Positions 24,264 to 35,119 of a stretch of DNA of 43,977 nucleotides are shown here, in pieces. Every line of letters begins with the position of its first letter. Within the stretch, counting starts at the first letter, position 1. Made by a program: the position numbers and the translations under genes. The notes under the pieces were generated by a model, which ran no database searches, had not been told where the DNA came from, and saw only the letters and a list, made by a program, of their open reading frames with translations. The stretch spans positions 1 to 43,977 of the forward strand of contig CBFGIY010000009.1 of the NCBI GenBank assembly GCA_965648935.1. Reading direction: 5' to 3'. The DNA comes from a candidate division WOR-3 bacterium (lineage in GTDB: Bacteria; Hydrothermota; Tepidihabitantia; Tepidihabitantales; Tepidihabitantaceae).

Positions 24264-25574
24264 GTGGCGCGCTTCTTCATCCAGACCTATGGTTGCCAGA
24301 TGAACGTTCAGGAATCTGACGTCGTGCGCCGCGTGCTGACCGATGCCGGCTATGTCGAGGTGACCGAAGAAGCCGAGGCCGACGTTCTGCTGCTGATGAC
24401 CTGCTCGGTGCGCTCCCATGCCGAGGCACGCGCCGTTGGCCGGCTGGGCGGGTTCCGTGCCGTGCGCAATGGCCGGCCCGGCACCGTGGTCGGAGTCCTC
24501 GGCTGCATGGCCCAGCGTCTCGGCCGGAGTCTCGTGACTGAACACCGCGTTGACCTGGTGGTCGGGCCGGACAACTACCTGCGCCTGCCTGAACTCATCG
24601 AGCAGGCCCGCGGCAACGGCGGTGCGGTCGCGACCGAGGAGACCGGCGAGCGCTACGAATCGGTCGAGCCGGTCGCGGACGGCCGGGTCACGGCGTTCGT
24701 CACCGTCATGCGCGGCTGCGACAACTGGTGCACCTACTGCATCGTGCCCAGGGTCAAAGGCCGCGAGCGCTCCCGCTCCGAGAACGCGGTACTGGCCGAG
24801 GTCCGCGCCATGGCCGGCCGCGGCGTTCGCGAAATCACCCTGCTCGGCCAGAACGTGCTCGCCTGGCGAAACGAAGGCCGAGGCTTCACCGAACTGCTCG
24901 AATCCGTGGCCCGGTCTGTGCCCGGGGTGCGCATACGATTCCTCACTTCCCACCCGCGCGACCTCTCCCCGGCGCTGCTTTCGGCGATGGCGCGGCTACC
25001 CAATGTCTGCCCGGCGCTGCACCTGCCGCTTCAGTCCGGCTCGGACCGCATCCTGGGCCTGATGAACCGCGGCTACACCCGTGCCGAGTATCTTGAGCGC
25101 GTCGCGCTGGCCCGCCGCACCCTCCCCTCGCTTGGGCTCACGACCGACATCCTGGTCGGCTTCCCTTCCGAGACCGAGGACGACTTTCATGAAACGCTGC
25201 GCGTCGTACGCGCGGTGCGTTACGACTATGCCTACATGTTCCGCTTTTCGGCCCGCTCCGGCACACCGGCCGCGACAATGACCCCGCGCGTATCCGAGGA
25301 AGACGCCGGGCGCCGGCTCGCGCGGCTGATCGAGGTCCAGAACCGCATCACGCGCGAGATCAACTGCGCGCTGGTCGGCACCGTACAGGAATTGCTTATC
25401 GAGGGCCCCAGCCCGCGCGGCGGCGACTGGCTCGGCCGTACCGCGAACAACAAGACGATCATCTACCACGGCGACGCCCGGCCAGGCGACCTGCTGCGCT
25501 GCCGCGTCACCGGCATCCGCGGCTGGACCCCGGTGGCCGAGACAGCCGACCGGGAGCCTGCGGTGAACCATTGA
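24264..25574 (+). CDS. miaB: tRNA-2-methylthio-N6-dimethylallyladenosine synthase
   Basis: TYGCQMN, TCSVR, GCMAQ, radical SAM CDNWCTYC, LLGQNV, RFLTSHP, HLPLQSGS, VGFPSET, TRAM domain. Confidence 0.95.
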   Translation: MARFFIQTYGCQMNVQESDVVRRVLTDAGYVEVTEEAEADVLLLMTCSVRSHAEARAVGRLGGFRAVRNGRPGTVVGVLGCMAQRLGRSLVTEHRVDLVVGPDNYLRLPELIEQARGNGGAVATEETGERYESVEPVADGRVTAFVTVMRGCDNWCTYCIVPRVKGRERSRSENAVLAEVRAMAGRGVREITLLGQNVLAWRNEGRGFTELLESVARSVPGVRIRFLTSHPRDLSPALLSAMARLPNVCPALHLPLQSGSDRILGLMNRGYTRAEYLERVALARRTLPSLGLTTDILVGFPSETEDDFHETLRVVRAVRYDYAYMFRFSARSGTPAATMTPRVSEEDAGRRLARLIEVQNRITREINCALVGTVQELLIEGPSPRGGDWLGRTANNKTIIYHGDARPGDLLRCRVTGIRGWTPVAETADREPAVNH

Positions 25575-25584
25575 GGAGGCGATA

Positions 25585-25917
25585 ATGCTCATCGTCCGCA
25601 TCATCCTGATTCTGGCGGCGTTCGTATTGCTGCTGATACTGGCGCTGACCAACGCCCAGACACTGACCACCGCTTCGGTGTTTGGCCGGGTGTTCTACGA
25701 TGTGCCGGTCGCGCTGGTCATGCTCTACTCCTTCGCGTTTGGCGCGCTGTGCATCGGCATTTTCACGCTGGTGTCGGAAATCCAGTTGCGCACCCGGCTG
25801 CACCGCCAGCGCCGCGAGATGGACGCGCTGCTCGACGAGCTTCGCGCGCTGCGCAACGCGCCGCTGGACGTGATCGAGCCGCCCGACGACGAGACGCAGC
25901 CCGGGGGTGAATCATGA
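25585..25917 (+). CDS. lapA: LapA family membrane protein
   Basis: Two TM segments separated by a short N...V loop, C-terminal coiled coil, RBS GAGGAGG, precedes a TPR gene. Confidence 0.75.
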   Translation: MLIVRIILILAAFVLLLILALTNAQTLTTASVFGRVFYDVPVALVMLYSFAFGALCIGIFTLVSEIQLRTRLHRQRREMDALLDELRALRNAPLDVIEPPDDETQPGGES

Positions 25918-26945
25918 CCTGGCTCGTCATCGTCATCCTCGCCGTGCTCGTAGTCGCACTCTACCCGATCGCGCGCGACTTCTTTCGTCAACGCCGCCGC
26001 ACCCAGCCCGCCTACATCGAAGGCCTGCAGGCGATGCTCGACGGCAAACCCGACCTTGCGCTTCGGCTGCTCAAGGAGGCGGTCGAGGCCGACACCGACA
26101 ACATCGACGCCTACATCCGCCTGGGCGACATCTTCATCGCCCGCGGCGACATTGAGCGCGGCCTGCGCGTCCACGAGAACCTTGCCCTGCGCCGCAACCT
26201 CAAGCCGGCCGACGAACGCCGCGTCCACGCCGCGCTGGCTCGCGACTACCTCAAGACCGACCGCAAGGTCCGGGCGATCGCGATGCTCGAAGAGCTCGCC
26301 CGGGCCGATCGGGCCGACTGGGACTGCCGCGAGCGCCTTGTCGAGCTCTACATCGACACGGCCTCGTGGGACAAATGCGACGAGCTGCTGCGCGAGTTCC
26401 GCCGCCGGCCCGAACTGCGCGGTCGCGCTGCCCGACTGCTGGTCCGGCTCGGCCGGGCCCGCGCCGCAAGCGAGCCAGATGCGGCCCGGTCCGCTTTCGA
26501 GGAAGCACTGCGCCTTGACCCCGGCTCGGTTGAGGCCCGGCTCGCGCTCGGCGACCACCAGCTCGAGCACGGCGACACCGAGGCCGCCATCCGCACCTGG
26601 ACCGAGGTCATCTCTGCCGCGCCCGAACGCAACCGTCTGGTGCGCGGCCGCCTCGAACGTGCCTACTTCGACGCCGGCCGGTTCGAGGAAGTCAGCCAGC
26701 TCTACGAACGGCTGCTGCGCCGCGTACCCGACGACATCGGGCTCGCGGTCGCGCTGGCCGACATCTACCGCAAGAAGGGCGACAGCGCGGCGGCCGGCCG
26801 GCTGCTGGAACGCTTCGCCGGCAAGGAAAGCCTTCTCCCCGGTGTAATGCTTGCCCTGACCGCGCTCGAGGCCGGCGACGCAAGCCGGGCGCGCAACCTG
26901 CTCGAATCCGCGCTCGAACGCCTGCGCGCGAACCCGAAAGGCTAG
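25914..26945 (+). CDS. Membrane-anchored TPR protein, LapB-like
   Basis: N-terminal TM; YIEGL..ML; AYIRLGDIF..RGDIERGLRVHENL; LARDYLK. Follows lapA. Confidence 0.8.
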   Translation: MTWLVIVILAVLVVALYPIARDFFRQRRRTQPAYIEGLQAMLDGKPDLALRLLKEAVEADTDNIDAYIRLGDIFIARGDIERGLRVHENLALRRNLKPADERRVHAALARDYLKTDRKVRAIAMLEELARADRADWDCRERLVELYIDTASWDKCDELLREFRRRPELRGRAARLLVRLGRARAASEPDAARSAFEEALRLDPGSVEARLALGDHQLEHGDTEAAIRTWTEVISAAPERNRLVRGRLERAYFDAGRFEEVSQLYERLLRRVPDDIGLAVALADIYRKKGDSAAAGRLLERFAGKESLLPGVMLALTALEAGDASRARNLLESALERLRANPKG

Positions 26946-26966
26946 CCGCCCGGCTCAAACCGCCGC

Positions 26967-29642
26967 GTGTCCGAGAGACTCACCCCGCTGCTCGCGCAGT
27001 ACCGGCGCATCAAGGAGCGCCACAAGGACACACTGCTGCTCTTTCGCGTCGGCGACTTCTACGAGATGTTCTATGAAGACGCCGCGATCGGGGCGCGCGC
27101 TCTCGGCCTGACCCTGACCTCGCGCCCGCACGGCCCGGACAACCGGATACCGCTGGCCGGCGTCCCGGCCCGCGCGGTCGAGGGTTACGTCGCCCGCCTC
27201 GTCAACCAGGGCTTCCGCGTCGCGCTCTGCGACCAGCTCGAGCCGGCCGCCCCGAACAAGCCGGTCGTGCGCCGCGACGTGGTCGAGGTCATCACCCCGG
27301 GCACGCTCACCTCGACCGGCCTGCTGGATGCCCGGCGCGACAACTTCCTCTGCGCGCTGTCCCCGGCCGGCGACCGCTTCGGCGCCGCCTTCGCCGATGT
27401 CTCGACCGGCGAGTTCCTCGTCGCGGAGTTCGATGCCGATGCGCTCGCCGAAGAGGTCCAGCGCATCGACCCGCGCGAGCTGCTGCTGCCCCAGGGTGCC
27501 GAACTGCCCCGCCTCGACACCGGCCGGCCGAGCGTGACCCGGCTTGACGACTACTACTTCACGCAGGACTACGCCTTCGACAAGCTCACCAGCCACTTCG
27601 GCGTCGTCGGACTTGACGGCTTCGGCATCGGCGCAATGACCGAAGGAATCTGTGCGGCAGGCGCGGTGCTGCACTACCTTGAAGAGACCCAGCGCGCGCG
27701 GCTGGGCCACCTGCGCCGCCCCCTGCCCTATGTCCCGGCCCGCTTCATGCTCATCGACCGGGCCACGCGCCGCAATCTCGAAATCGTCGAGCGCATTCAC
27801 TCCGACGAGCGCGCCGCGCCCCTGCACGGCACCCTGCTTGGCGTGCTCGACCGCACTGTCACGCCCGCCGGTTCGCGGCTGCTCCGACGCTGGATCCTCG
27901 CGCCGCTTGTCGATGTCGCCGCGATTACCGCCCGCCACGACGCAGTCGAAGAACTGAACAGCGGTGGGCTGGGCGACTCGGTCCGCGCCGCGCTCGAGCC
28001 GGTCGGCGACCTCGAACGGCTCACCGCGCGCATCGCTCTCGAGCGCGCCTCGCCCCGCGAGGTCGCGTCGGTCGCGGCCTGGCTCGGCGTCGTGCCGGCT
28101 GTCCGGCAGGCCATCGCCCCCACCGCGAGCTCGCTGCTCAAGGAAGCGCACGCCAGCATCGAGGACTTCGCTGAACTTGTCCGCGACATCACGGCCACCC
28201 TCACCGACGACCCGCCCGCGGTCGCGACCGAGGGCGGCGTCATCCGGCCCGGCGCCAGCCCGGAGCTGGACGAACTGCGTTCGCTCGCCGCAGGCGCGCG
28301 CGACTACATCGCCCGTCTGCAGGAAAGCGAACGCCAGCGCACCGGCATACCCAACCTGCGCGTGCGCTTCAACTCGGTGTTCGGCTACTACATCGAAGTG
28401 ACGAAGTCCTACGTTTCCCAGGTTCCCAAGGACTACCTGCGCAAGCAGACCGTGGTCAACGGTGAACGCTACATCACGCCCGAACTCAAGGACTACGAAA
28501 CCCGCGTCCTCAACGCCGAAGAGCGCATCAAGGCGCTCGAACTGGAGCTGTTTGCGGCGCTGCGCCGCCGCGTCGGGGCTCAGGCCGAGCGCATCATCCG
28601 CCTTGCCGGCATTCTTGCTCGCCTCGACGCTCTTTCCGCGCTGGCCCGCGCCGCGAGCGAGAACCGCTACGTCCGTCCCCGGGTTGACGACTCGCTGCGG
28701 CTCGAACTGGTCGGAGCGCGTCACCCGGTGGTCGAAACCCTGCTCGACGGCGAGTTCATCGGCAACGACACCGAACTCGACCCGGATGCGACGCAGATAA
28801 TGATCATCACCGGTCCGAACATGGCGGGCAAATCGACCTACCTGCGTCAGGTCGCGCTCGCTGCGATAATGGCCCAGGCCGGGTCATTTGTGCCCGCCCA
28901 AAGCGCCCGCATCGGCGTCATCGACAAGGTCTTCACGCGCATCGGCGCATCCGACGACCTTGCCCGCGGCGTCTCCACCTTCCTCGCCGAGATGATCGAA
29001 ACCGCCAACATCCTCAACAACGCGACTGACCGCAGCCTGGTGATACTCGACGAGGTCGGGCGCGGCACCGCGACCGGCGATGGCCTCGCCATCGCCTGGG
29101 CCGCAGTGGAGTACCTCCACGGCGGTTGCGCGGGCGCCGAGTCCCCGCACACCCGACCGCCCGATATCCGAACCGGCACGCTCGACTCCCCGGTTGCCCG
29201 ACCGCTCGCCCGCCCCAAGACCCTGTTCGCCACCCACTATCACGAGCTGTGCGACATTACCGCGACCCTGCCCCACGCAGAGAACTACAGCTTCTCGGTG
29301 CGCGAGACACGCGACACTGTGCTGTTTCTGCGCAAGCTCAAGCCCGGTCCGGCCGACCAGAGCTATGGCATAGCGGTCGCGCGGCTCGCCGGCCTGCCGC
29401 CCGCCGTCATCCGCCGCGCTCGTGAAGTGCTGGCCGGTTTCATGCGCGCCGAGGCCGATGGCGTCCGGCGCATCGCCGGCGTCGAGCCACCCGATGTGGC
29501 GCTCGCCGCCGACCGGCCGCCGCAAGACGATCCGTTGGTCGACGAACTGCTCGCTATCGACATCGACAAGCTCGCGCCGCTCGATGCGCTCAACCTGCTC
29601 GCCCAGCTTCAGCGCGCTGCGCGACAGCGCCACCGGACCTGA
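26967..29642 (+). CDS. mutS: DNA mismatch repair protein MutS
   Basis: TPLLAQY, FRVGDFYEMFYEDA, TGPNMAGKSTYLRQ, IGASDDLARGVSTF, DEVGRGT, FATHYHEL, SYGI.VA.LAG. Confidence 0.97.
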   Translation: MSERLTPLLAQYRRIKERHKDTLLLFRVGDFYEMFYEDAAIGARALGLTLTSRPHGPDNRIPLAGVPARAVEGYVARLVNQGFRVALCDQLEPAAPNKPVVRRDVVEVITPGTLTSTGLLDARRDNFLCALSPAGDRFGAAFADVSTGEFLVAEFDADALAEEVQRIDPRELLLPQGAELPRLDTGRPSVTRLDDYYFTQDYAFDKLTSHFGVVGLDGFGIGAMTEGICAAGAVLHYLEETQRARLGHLRRPLPYVPARFMLIDRATRRNLEIVERIHSDERAAPLHGTLLGVLDRTVTPAGSRLLRRWILAPLVDVAAITARHDAVEELNSGGLGDSVRAALEPVGDLERLTARIALERASPREVASVAAWLGVVPAVRQAIAPTASSLLKEAHASIEDFAELVRDITATLTDDPPAVATEGGVIRPGASPELDELRSLAAGARDYIARLQESERQRTGIPNLRVRFNSVFGYYIEVTKSYVSQVPKDYLRKQTVVNGERYITPELKDYETRVLNAEERIKALELELFAALRRRVGAQAERIIRLAGILARLDALSALARAASENRYVRPRVDDSLRLELVGARHPVVETLLDGEFIGNDTELDPDATQIMIITGPNMAGKSTYLRQVALAAIMAQAGSFVPAQSARIGVIDKVFTRIGASDDLARGVSTFLAEMIETANILNNATDRSLVILDEVGRGTATGDGLAIAWAAVEYLHGGCAGAESPHTRPPDIRTGTLDSPVARPLARPKTLFATHYHELCDITATLPHAENYSFSVRETRDTVLFLRKLKPGPADQSYGIAVARLAGLPPAVIRRAREVLAGFMRAEADGVRRIAGVEPPDVALAADRPPQDDPLVDELLAIDIDKLAPLDALNLLAQLQRAARQRHRT
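29136..29212 (+). repeat. Degenerate 8-nt tandem repeats forming an in-frame insertion in mutS
   Basis: GCCGAGTC CCCGCACA CCCGACCG CCCGATAT, then 13 nt, then CTCGACTC CCCGGTTG CCCGACCG CTCGCCCG. Confidence 0.5.
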
Positions 29643-29678
29643 CGATTGCCGACGCCGGGCATTCCGGCTTCGGGTTGC

Positions 29679-29706
29679 TTGACCCTCGGGAGGCCGCGGG
29701 TATAGT
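29679..29706 (+). promoter_or_regulatory. Sigma70-like promoter of the ugd operon, probably leaderless
   Basis: TTGACC (29679-29684), 16 nt, TATAGT (29701-29706), then 8 nt to ATG 29715. No SD. Confidence 0.7.
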
Positions 29707-29714
29707 TCGATTCG

Positions 29715-31004
29715 ATGAAAATCACGATGATCGGTACGGGCTATGTCGGACTTACCTCGGGTGCCTGTCTGGCCAGAATCGGCCACGACATCACCTGCGT
29801 GGACAGCGATGCCGCGAAGATCGAAGTGCTCAACAGCGGCGGGATACCCATCTACGAACCGGGTCTGCAGGAGATCATCCGCGAATGCGTGACGGCCGGC
29901 CGACTGCGCTTCACCACCGACATCAAGGCCGCGGTTCGCTCCAGCGTCGCCTGCTTCATCGCGGTCGGCACACCGCCGCGCGACACCGGTGAGCCCGACC
30001 TCACCTACGTCGAACACGTCGCCCGCGACATCGCCGAGAGCATGAGCGACTATCATCTCATTATTGAGAAGTCGACCGTGCCGGTTCAGACGGGCAAGTG
30101 GGTGCGCCGGACTGTCGAACGCTACAACGGCGGTCGAACGCCGTTCGACGTCGCCTCCAACCCTGAGTTCCTGCGCGAGGGCTCGGCAGTGGACGACTTC
30201 CTGCACCCCGACCGCGTCGTAATCGGCGTGGAAAGCGACCGGGCACGCGAACTGATGCTGGAAATCTACGCGCCGATCGACGCGCCCAAGATCGTCACCG
30301 ACATCGCCTCGGCCGAACTGATCAAGCATGCATCCAACGCCTTCCTTGCCATGAAGATCTCGTTCGCCAACGCGCTGGCATTCGTGTGTGAGGCCTCGGG
30401 CGCCGATGTTCGCCAGGTCACCGAAGGCATGGGACAGGACCGCCGCATCGGTCCGGCCTTTCTCAACGCCGGCATCGGCTACGGCGGCTTCTGCTTTCCC
30501 AAGGACCTGCGCGCCTTCATCCGCATCGCCCACGACCTCGGGTATGAGTTCCGTCTCCTCGAGGAAGTCGAGGCGATCAACGAGGACGCCAAGCGCCGCT
30601 TCGTGCGCAAGATACAGGGCGTGCTCTGGAACCTGCGCGGGAAGAACATCGGCGTGCTCGGACTCGCCTTCAAGCCCAACACCGACGACATGCGCTACGC
30701 GCCGTCGATCGACATCATCTCGGCACTTGTCGCCGAAGGCGCCAACGTCCGCGCCTTCGACCCGCAGGCAATGGAGCGAGCCCGCAAGGTTATACCCGGC
30801 ATCACCTTCTGCGACCGAGCCGAGGACGTCGCCCGCGACGCCGACCTGCTGGCCGTGCTGACCGAATGGCCCGAGTTCAAGGAGATTGACCTGGCGCAAC
30901 TGAAGGAGCACATGCGCCTGCCGATAATCTGCGACGGCCGCAACCTGTTTGAGCGCGCCGAAGTGGAGAAGCTCGGCTTCACCTACATCGGGGTCGGCCG
31001 GTGA
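29715..31004 (+). CDS. ugd: UDP-glucose 6-dehydrogenase
   Basis: [63 protein letters not shown]. Confidence 0.95.
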   Translation: MKITMIGTGYVGLTSGACLARIGHDITCVDSDAAKIEVLNSGGIPIYEPGLQEIIRECVTAGRLRFTTDIKAAVRSSVACFIAVGTPPRDTGEPDLTYVEHVARDIAESMSDYHLIIEKSTVPVQTGKWVRRTVERYNGGRTPFDVASNPEFLREGSAVDDFLHPDRVVIGVESDRARELMLEIYAPIDAPKIVTDIASAELIKHASNAFLAMKISFANALAFVCEASGADVRQVTEGMGQDRRIGPAFLNAGIGYGGFCFPKDLRAFIRIAHDLGYEFRLLEEVEAINEDAKRRFVRKIQGVLWNLRGKNIGVLGLAFKPNTDDMRYAPSIDIISALVAEGANVRAFDPQAMERARKVIPGITFCDRAEDVARDADLLAVLTEWPEFKEIDLAQLKEHMRLPIICDGRNLFERAEVEKLGFTYIGVGR

Positions 31005-31939
31005 GAGCACTGGTTGCGGGCGGCGCCGGGTTCATCGGCTCCCACCTTTGTGACCTGCTCATCGCGCGCGGCTTCGAGGTGCTCTGCGTCGACAGCCTCA
31101 TCACCGGGTCGCGCCGTAACATCAAACACCTTGCCCGCGCCCCCGGGTTCAGGTTTCTGTACGCGGACGTGGCGCACCCGCTCAAAGTGCCGGGCCGCGT
31201 GGACATTGTCTACGACCTCGCCTCGCCGGCATCGCCGCGCGACTACCTGGCACTCCCCGTGGAAACGCTCGACGCCGGCTCGCTCGGCACCCGCAACCTT
31301 CTCGAGCTAGCCCATCGCCGCAAGGCGGTCTTCGTCCTGGCCTCGACCTCGGAGGTGTACGGTGACCCCGAGGTGCATCCCCAGAGCGAAACCTACTGGG
31401 GCAACGTCAACCCCATCGGCGTCCGTTCGGTCTACGACGAAGCCAAGCGCTTTGCCGAAGCCCAGGCCGCGGCCTGGCACCGCCGCCATGGGCTCAGCGT
31501 GCGGATCGCACGCATCTTCAACACGTACGGACCGCGCATGAAACTCGACGACGGTCGTGTTGTGCCGAATCTCATCCACCAGGCGCTCAACGGCCAGCCT
31601 CTCACCATCTACGGCACCGGCCGCCAGACCCGTAGCTTCTGCTACATCAGCGACCTCATCGAAGGGCTCTACCGCCTCGCGTCGGCCGGCGATGCCGAAC
31701 CGGTCAACTTGGGCAACCCCGGCGAGTTCACCATCCTGCAGTTTGCCCGCCTCGTCAAGCGACTGACCGGCTCAAGCAGCCCGTTGTGTTTCGAACCTCT
31801 GCCTGCCGACGACCCGCGCCGCCGGCGACCTGACATCCGCCGTGCCCGGCGCGTTCTCAACTGGTCGCCGCGTGTGCCGCTTCACGAAGGCCTCAAGAGA
31901 ACGATAGACTGGTTCCGATCCGCTGGTCCAAACCCGTGA
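31001..31939 (+). CDS. UDP-glucuronic acid decarboxylase-like SDR enzyme
   Basis: [70 protein letters not shown]. Confidence 0.9.
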   Translation: MRALVAGGAGFIGSHLCDLLIARGFEVLCVDSLITGSRRNIKHLARAPGFRFLYADVAHPLKVPGRVDIVYDLASPASPRDYLALPVETLDAGSLGTRNLLELAHRRKAVFVLASTSEVYGDPEVHPQSETYWGNVNPIGVRSVYDEAKRFAEAQAAAWHRRHGLSVRIARIFNTYGPRMKLDDGRVVPNLIHQALNGQPLTIYGTGRQTRSFCYISDLIEGLYRLASAGDAEPVNLGNPGEFTILQFARLVKRLTGSSSPLCFEPLPADDPRRRRPDIRRARRVLNWSPRVPLHEGLKRTIDWFRSAGPNP

Positions 31940-32871
31940 ACCGCCAACCTCTTTCGATCGGTATCATCGGTCTCGGCCGCTGGGGACGCAACTACGTCTC
32001 GGCACTTCAGGAGGCCGGCAGTTGCCGCATCGTCGCGCTCGCCGACCCGGCCCTGCCGCCAGACCTCGGGCCTCACACGGCCCGGCGCTTCCGTTCGGCC
32101 GACGCCCTGCTTGCCGACCCGTCAGTCGAAGCCGTGGTCATCGCCACACCCGACTCGACGCACTACCAGATAGCTCTCTCTGCACTGCAGTCCGGACGCC
32201 ACATCCTGGTCGAGAAGCCGCTGGCACTCAACGCGGCCGACGCGACCCGGCTTGTCGACATCTCGACCGGCTCTGGCCTGGTCCTCGCGGTCGGTCACAC
32301 GCCGCTCTACCACTCAAGCTTCCGCCGCCTCTGTCTGGCACTGTCGGGTGCCGCGGCCGACCAACCGGTACAGCTCCGGTTCGAACGCACCTCGCGCGGC
32401 CAGCCCGGGACGGCCGAGTCGCTGCTATTCGACCTGGGTCCGCACGACATCGCCCAGGCTCTGCATCTCTTCGGCAACCCGCTGGCACTACGTGGGCGAC
32501 GCGCCGATGAACCCGCTGCCCGCGCCTGTTTCTTCTGGCAGGCCGAGTTCGCCTTCGGGAAGACTGCGTCCGGCCGGCTGGCTTGGATTGACGCGCCGCC
32601 TGCGCGCTCTGTCGAATTGGTCACTACTGGAGTCAGTCAGCGTTTCACCGAGTACCCCCCATCGCCCGGCAGTTCCGAGCGACCACTGACATCTCTCTGC
32701 CGTGACTTCATCGACTCCTGTTTGGCCGGCCGGCCGCCTCGGAGTGACGGCAAGCTGGGCCTTGAGGTAACCCGAGCCCTGGAGGCTCTTGCGCTTTCGG
32801 CTGCGCGCGGCGGGTCCTGGCAGCGCATCGAGTCTGCCGCAGCCGGCGAGGCCGTGCTCACCATGGCATGA
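31936..32871 (+). CDS. Gfo/Idh/MocA family oxidoreductase
   Basis: [31 protein letters not shown]. Confidence 0.88.
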   Translation: MNRQPLSIGIIGLGRWGRNYVSALQEAGSCRIVALADPALPPDLGPHTARRFRSADALLADPSVEAVVIATPDSTHYQIALSALQSGRHILVEKPLALNAADATRLVDISTGSGLVLAVGHTPLYHSSFRRLCLALSGAAADQPVQLRFERTSRGQPGTAESLLFDLGPHDIAQALHLFGNPLALRGRRADEPAARACFFWQAEFAFGKTASGRLAWIDAPPARSVELVTTGVSQRFTEYPPSPGSSERPLTSLCRDFIDSCLAGRPPRSDGKLGLEVTRALEALALSAARGGSWQRIESAAAGEAVLTMA

Positions 32872-33527
32872 AGCTCAGCGTGCTCGTACCGGTATACAAC
32901 GAAGAGGCCTCAGTCGCCGGGCTGATTGAGTCGGTCAAGCGAGTTCCCGTCGAAAAGGAAATCGTCGTGGTCGACGACTGCTCACGCGACCGGACACTTG
33001 CTGTCTTGGAAGGGATCGAGGGCATCCGCGTCCTGCACCACAAGGCGAACCGAGGCAAGGGTGCCGCGGTCAGGACTGCGCTCGCTGCCGCTACCGGCGA
33101 GGTGGTTGTCATCCAGGACGCCGACCTCGAATACGACCCGGCAGACTATCCCGCGCTGCTCGCTCCGTTCAGCTCCCCGCTCATCGCCGCGGTTTACGGT
33201 TCGCGCGTCCGCGGCCGCGGTGAGTTCCTGTTCCTGAGCCGGCTCGCCAACTACTTTCTCACGTTTCTCACCGACCTGCTGTTTGGCGGCTGCATCACGG
33301 ATATGGAAACCTGCTACAAGGCGGTCCGCCGGCCGGTGATGGTCAGCCTGGACATCACTGCTGACCGTTTCGAAATCGAGCCCGAAATCACGGCCAAGCT
33401 GCTGCGCGGCCGGTACCGCATCGCCGAGGTTCCGATACGCTACCGCGCCAGGCGCACGGGCAAGAAGATCGGGCCGAAGGACGGCCTGATGGCGTTGTAC
33501 TACATCCTCAAATGGTACGTATCCTGA
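32868..33527 (+). CDS. Glycosyltransferase family 2 (DPM1-like, polyprenol-phosphate sugar transferase type)
   Basis: VPVYNEE, VVDDCSRD, NRGKGAA, IQDADLEYDP, GSR, TDMETCYK. Confidence 0.9.
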   Translation: MKLSVLVPVYNEEASVAGLIESVKRVPVEKEIVVVDDCSRDRTLAVLEGIEGIRVLHHKANRGKGAAVRTALAAATGEVVVIQDADLEYDPADYPALLAPFSSPLIAAVYGSRVRGRGEFLFLSRLANYFLTFLTDLLFGGCITDMETCYKAVRRPVMVSLDITADRFEIEPEITAKLLRGRYRIAEVPIRYRARRTGKKIGPKDGLMALYYILKWYVS

Positions 33528-33528
33528 A

Positions 33529-34245
33529 ATGACACCAATCGACGACCGTCAATCCGCTCTGGGCAGCCCTGATTCACCCTACGCGGTCGAGCTTGCTGGG
33601 GTCTCACGACTCTACGGCGGCTCCTGGCCGGCGTTGACCGAGGTCGATCTCCGGGTCGACAAGGGCGATTTCGTCTTCGTTCTCGGGTCGACCGGCGCGG
33701 GCAAGACAACGCTGCTGCGCCTGCTCTACCGCCAGGACATCGCCGACGAGGGCACGGTGCGCGTCCTCGGCCACGACCTCGCCACGATGAGCGAACGCCG
33801 CCTGCCCGACCTTCGCCGCCGCATCGGCATAATCTTCCAGGACTTCAAGCTGCTGCCCGACCGCACGGTTGCCGAGAATCTCGAATTCGTGCTGCGCGTG
33901 ATCGGCACCGAGCCGTCGCTCATCCCGGCACGCATCCAGGACACGCTGACGCGGCTCGGCCTGATCCACAAGAAGGATTCGTACCCGGCCCAGCTCTCGG
34001 GCGGCGAGCAGCAGAAGACCTCGATCGCGCGCGCCTTGGTCAAGGAACCCGAACTCGTGCTCGCCGACGAGCCAACAGGCAACATCGACCCCAGGGCGTC
34101 GGCTGACATCCTCAACATCCTCAAGGACATCAACTACGCGGGCGCGACCGTGATAATGGCAACCCATGATGCCGACCTGGCCGAGCGCACGCGCCGCCGG
34201 CGCGTCACGCTCGACGCCGGAAGGGTGGTTCGCGATGAGACTTGA
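33529..34245 (+). CDS. ftsE: Cell division ABC ATPase FtsE
   Basis: GSTGAGKTT, LRRRIGIIFQDFKLL, LSGGEQQ, ADEPTGN, MATH. Precedes ftsX. Confidence 0.92.
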   Translation: MTPIDDRQSALGSPDSPYAVELAGVSRLYGGSWPALTEVDLRVDKGDFVFVLGSTGAGKTTLLRLLYRQDIADEGTVRVLGHDLATMSERRLPDLRRRIGIIFQDFKLLPDRTVAENLEFVLRVIGTEPSLIPARIQDTLTRLGLIHKKDSYPAQLSGGEQQKTSIARALVKEPELVLADEPTGNIDPRASADILNILKDINYAGATVIMATHDADLAERTRRRRVTLDAGRVVRDET

Positions 34246-35119
34246 CCACATATTGCGTGAAACCTGGCGCGGCATCAGCCGCAATCGCGCTCAGTTCCTG
34301 ATGGCCGCTGCGGTCCAGGCCATCTGCCTCACCCTGCTATCTATCTTCATCGTACTCACCGTCAATGTGACCGGGCTGATTCGTAGTGCTGGACAGCGTG
34401 TCGAGGTCTACGCCTTCATCGACGACCGGGCCGACGCCGCCGCGGTCCAGTCACGCATCGCCTCCCTCACCGGAGTCAGCGCGGCCCGATACGTATCCAA
34501 AGAAGACGCGCTGGAGGAACTGCGCGTTGACCTCGGCCCGGACTCAGGCCTTGTCACGACCCTGGGCGAGAACCCGCTGCCGGCCTCGATTCGGGTAAGC
34601 ATCAGCGCCGGTTTGTCGACCGCCCCGCTTGTCGGCGACATCGAGAAGAAAATCGAGCTCATCCCCGGGGTCACCGATGTCTGGTCCGGCCGCGAACTCC
34701 TCGCCCGTCTCGACAGCGTGATGCGCACTGTTCTGGTCCTCGACGCGCTCATCCTTGTCATAGTCAGCCTGTCCGTGGCGTTCATTGTCTTCCAGACGGT
34801 CGAAGCATCGATCGTCGCGCACCGCCACGAGATCGAGATAATGGAACTGGTCGGCGCGCCGCGCTCTGCCGTGCGGCTGCCGTTCATCATCGAAGGCGCA
34901 ATCCAGGGCCTCCTGGGCGGCGCCGCTGCCTTCCTGCTTGTCTTTCTGCTCTACCGGATACTCCGCACCACGCTCTCGGCGCCGGTCTTCCCTGTGGGCA
35001 CAGTCCTTGCCATTGACCTCGCGCTGGGCGTACTGCTTGGCCTGCTCGGATCACTCATTGCCCTCGGAGCGATCCAGTCCGCGCACGCGCCATCCGGTCC
35101 GCGACGCAACCGCCAATGA
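34235..35119 (+). CDS. ftsX: Cell division permease-like protein FtsX
   Basis: YVSKEDAL, NPLPASI, EIEIMELVGA...RLPFIIEG, four TM segments. Start ATG 34235. Confidence 0.92.
   Translation: MRLDHILRETWRGISRNRAQFLMAAAVQAICLTLLSIFIVLTVNVTGLIRSAGQRVEVYAFIDDRADAAAVQSRIASLTGVSAARYVSKEDALEELRVDLGPDSGLVTTLGENPLPASIRVSISAGLSTAPLVGDIEKKIELIPGVTDVWSGRELLARLDSVMRTVLVLDALILVIVSLSVAFIVFQTVEASIVAHRHEIEIMELVGAPRSAVRLPFIIEGAIQGLLGGAAAFLLVFLLYRILRTTLSAPVFPVGTVLAIDLALGVLLGLLGSLIALGAIQSAHAPSGPRRNRQ

Noticed and set aside
33529..33580. Possible heptamer repeat (CAATCGA CGACCGT CAATCCG) in the FtsE N-terminal extension
   Set aside because: Too short and degenerate to distinguish from chance.
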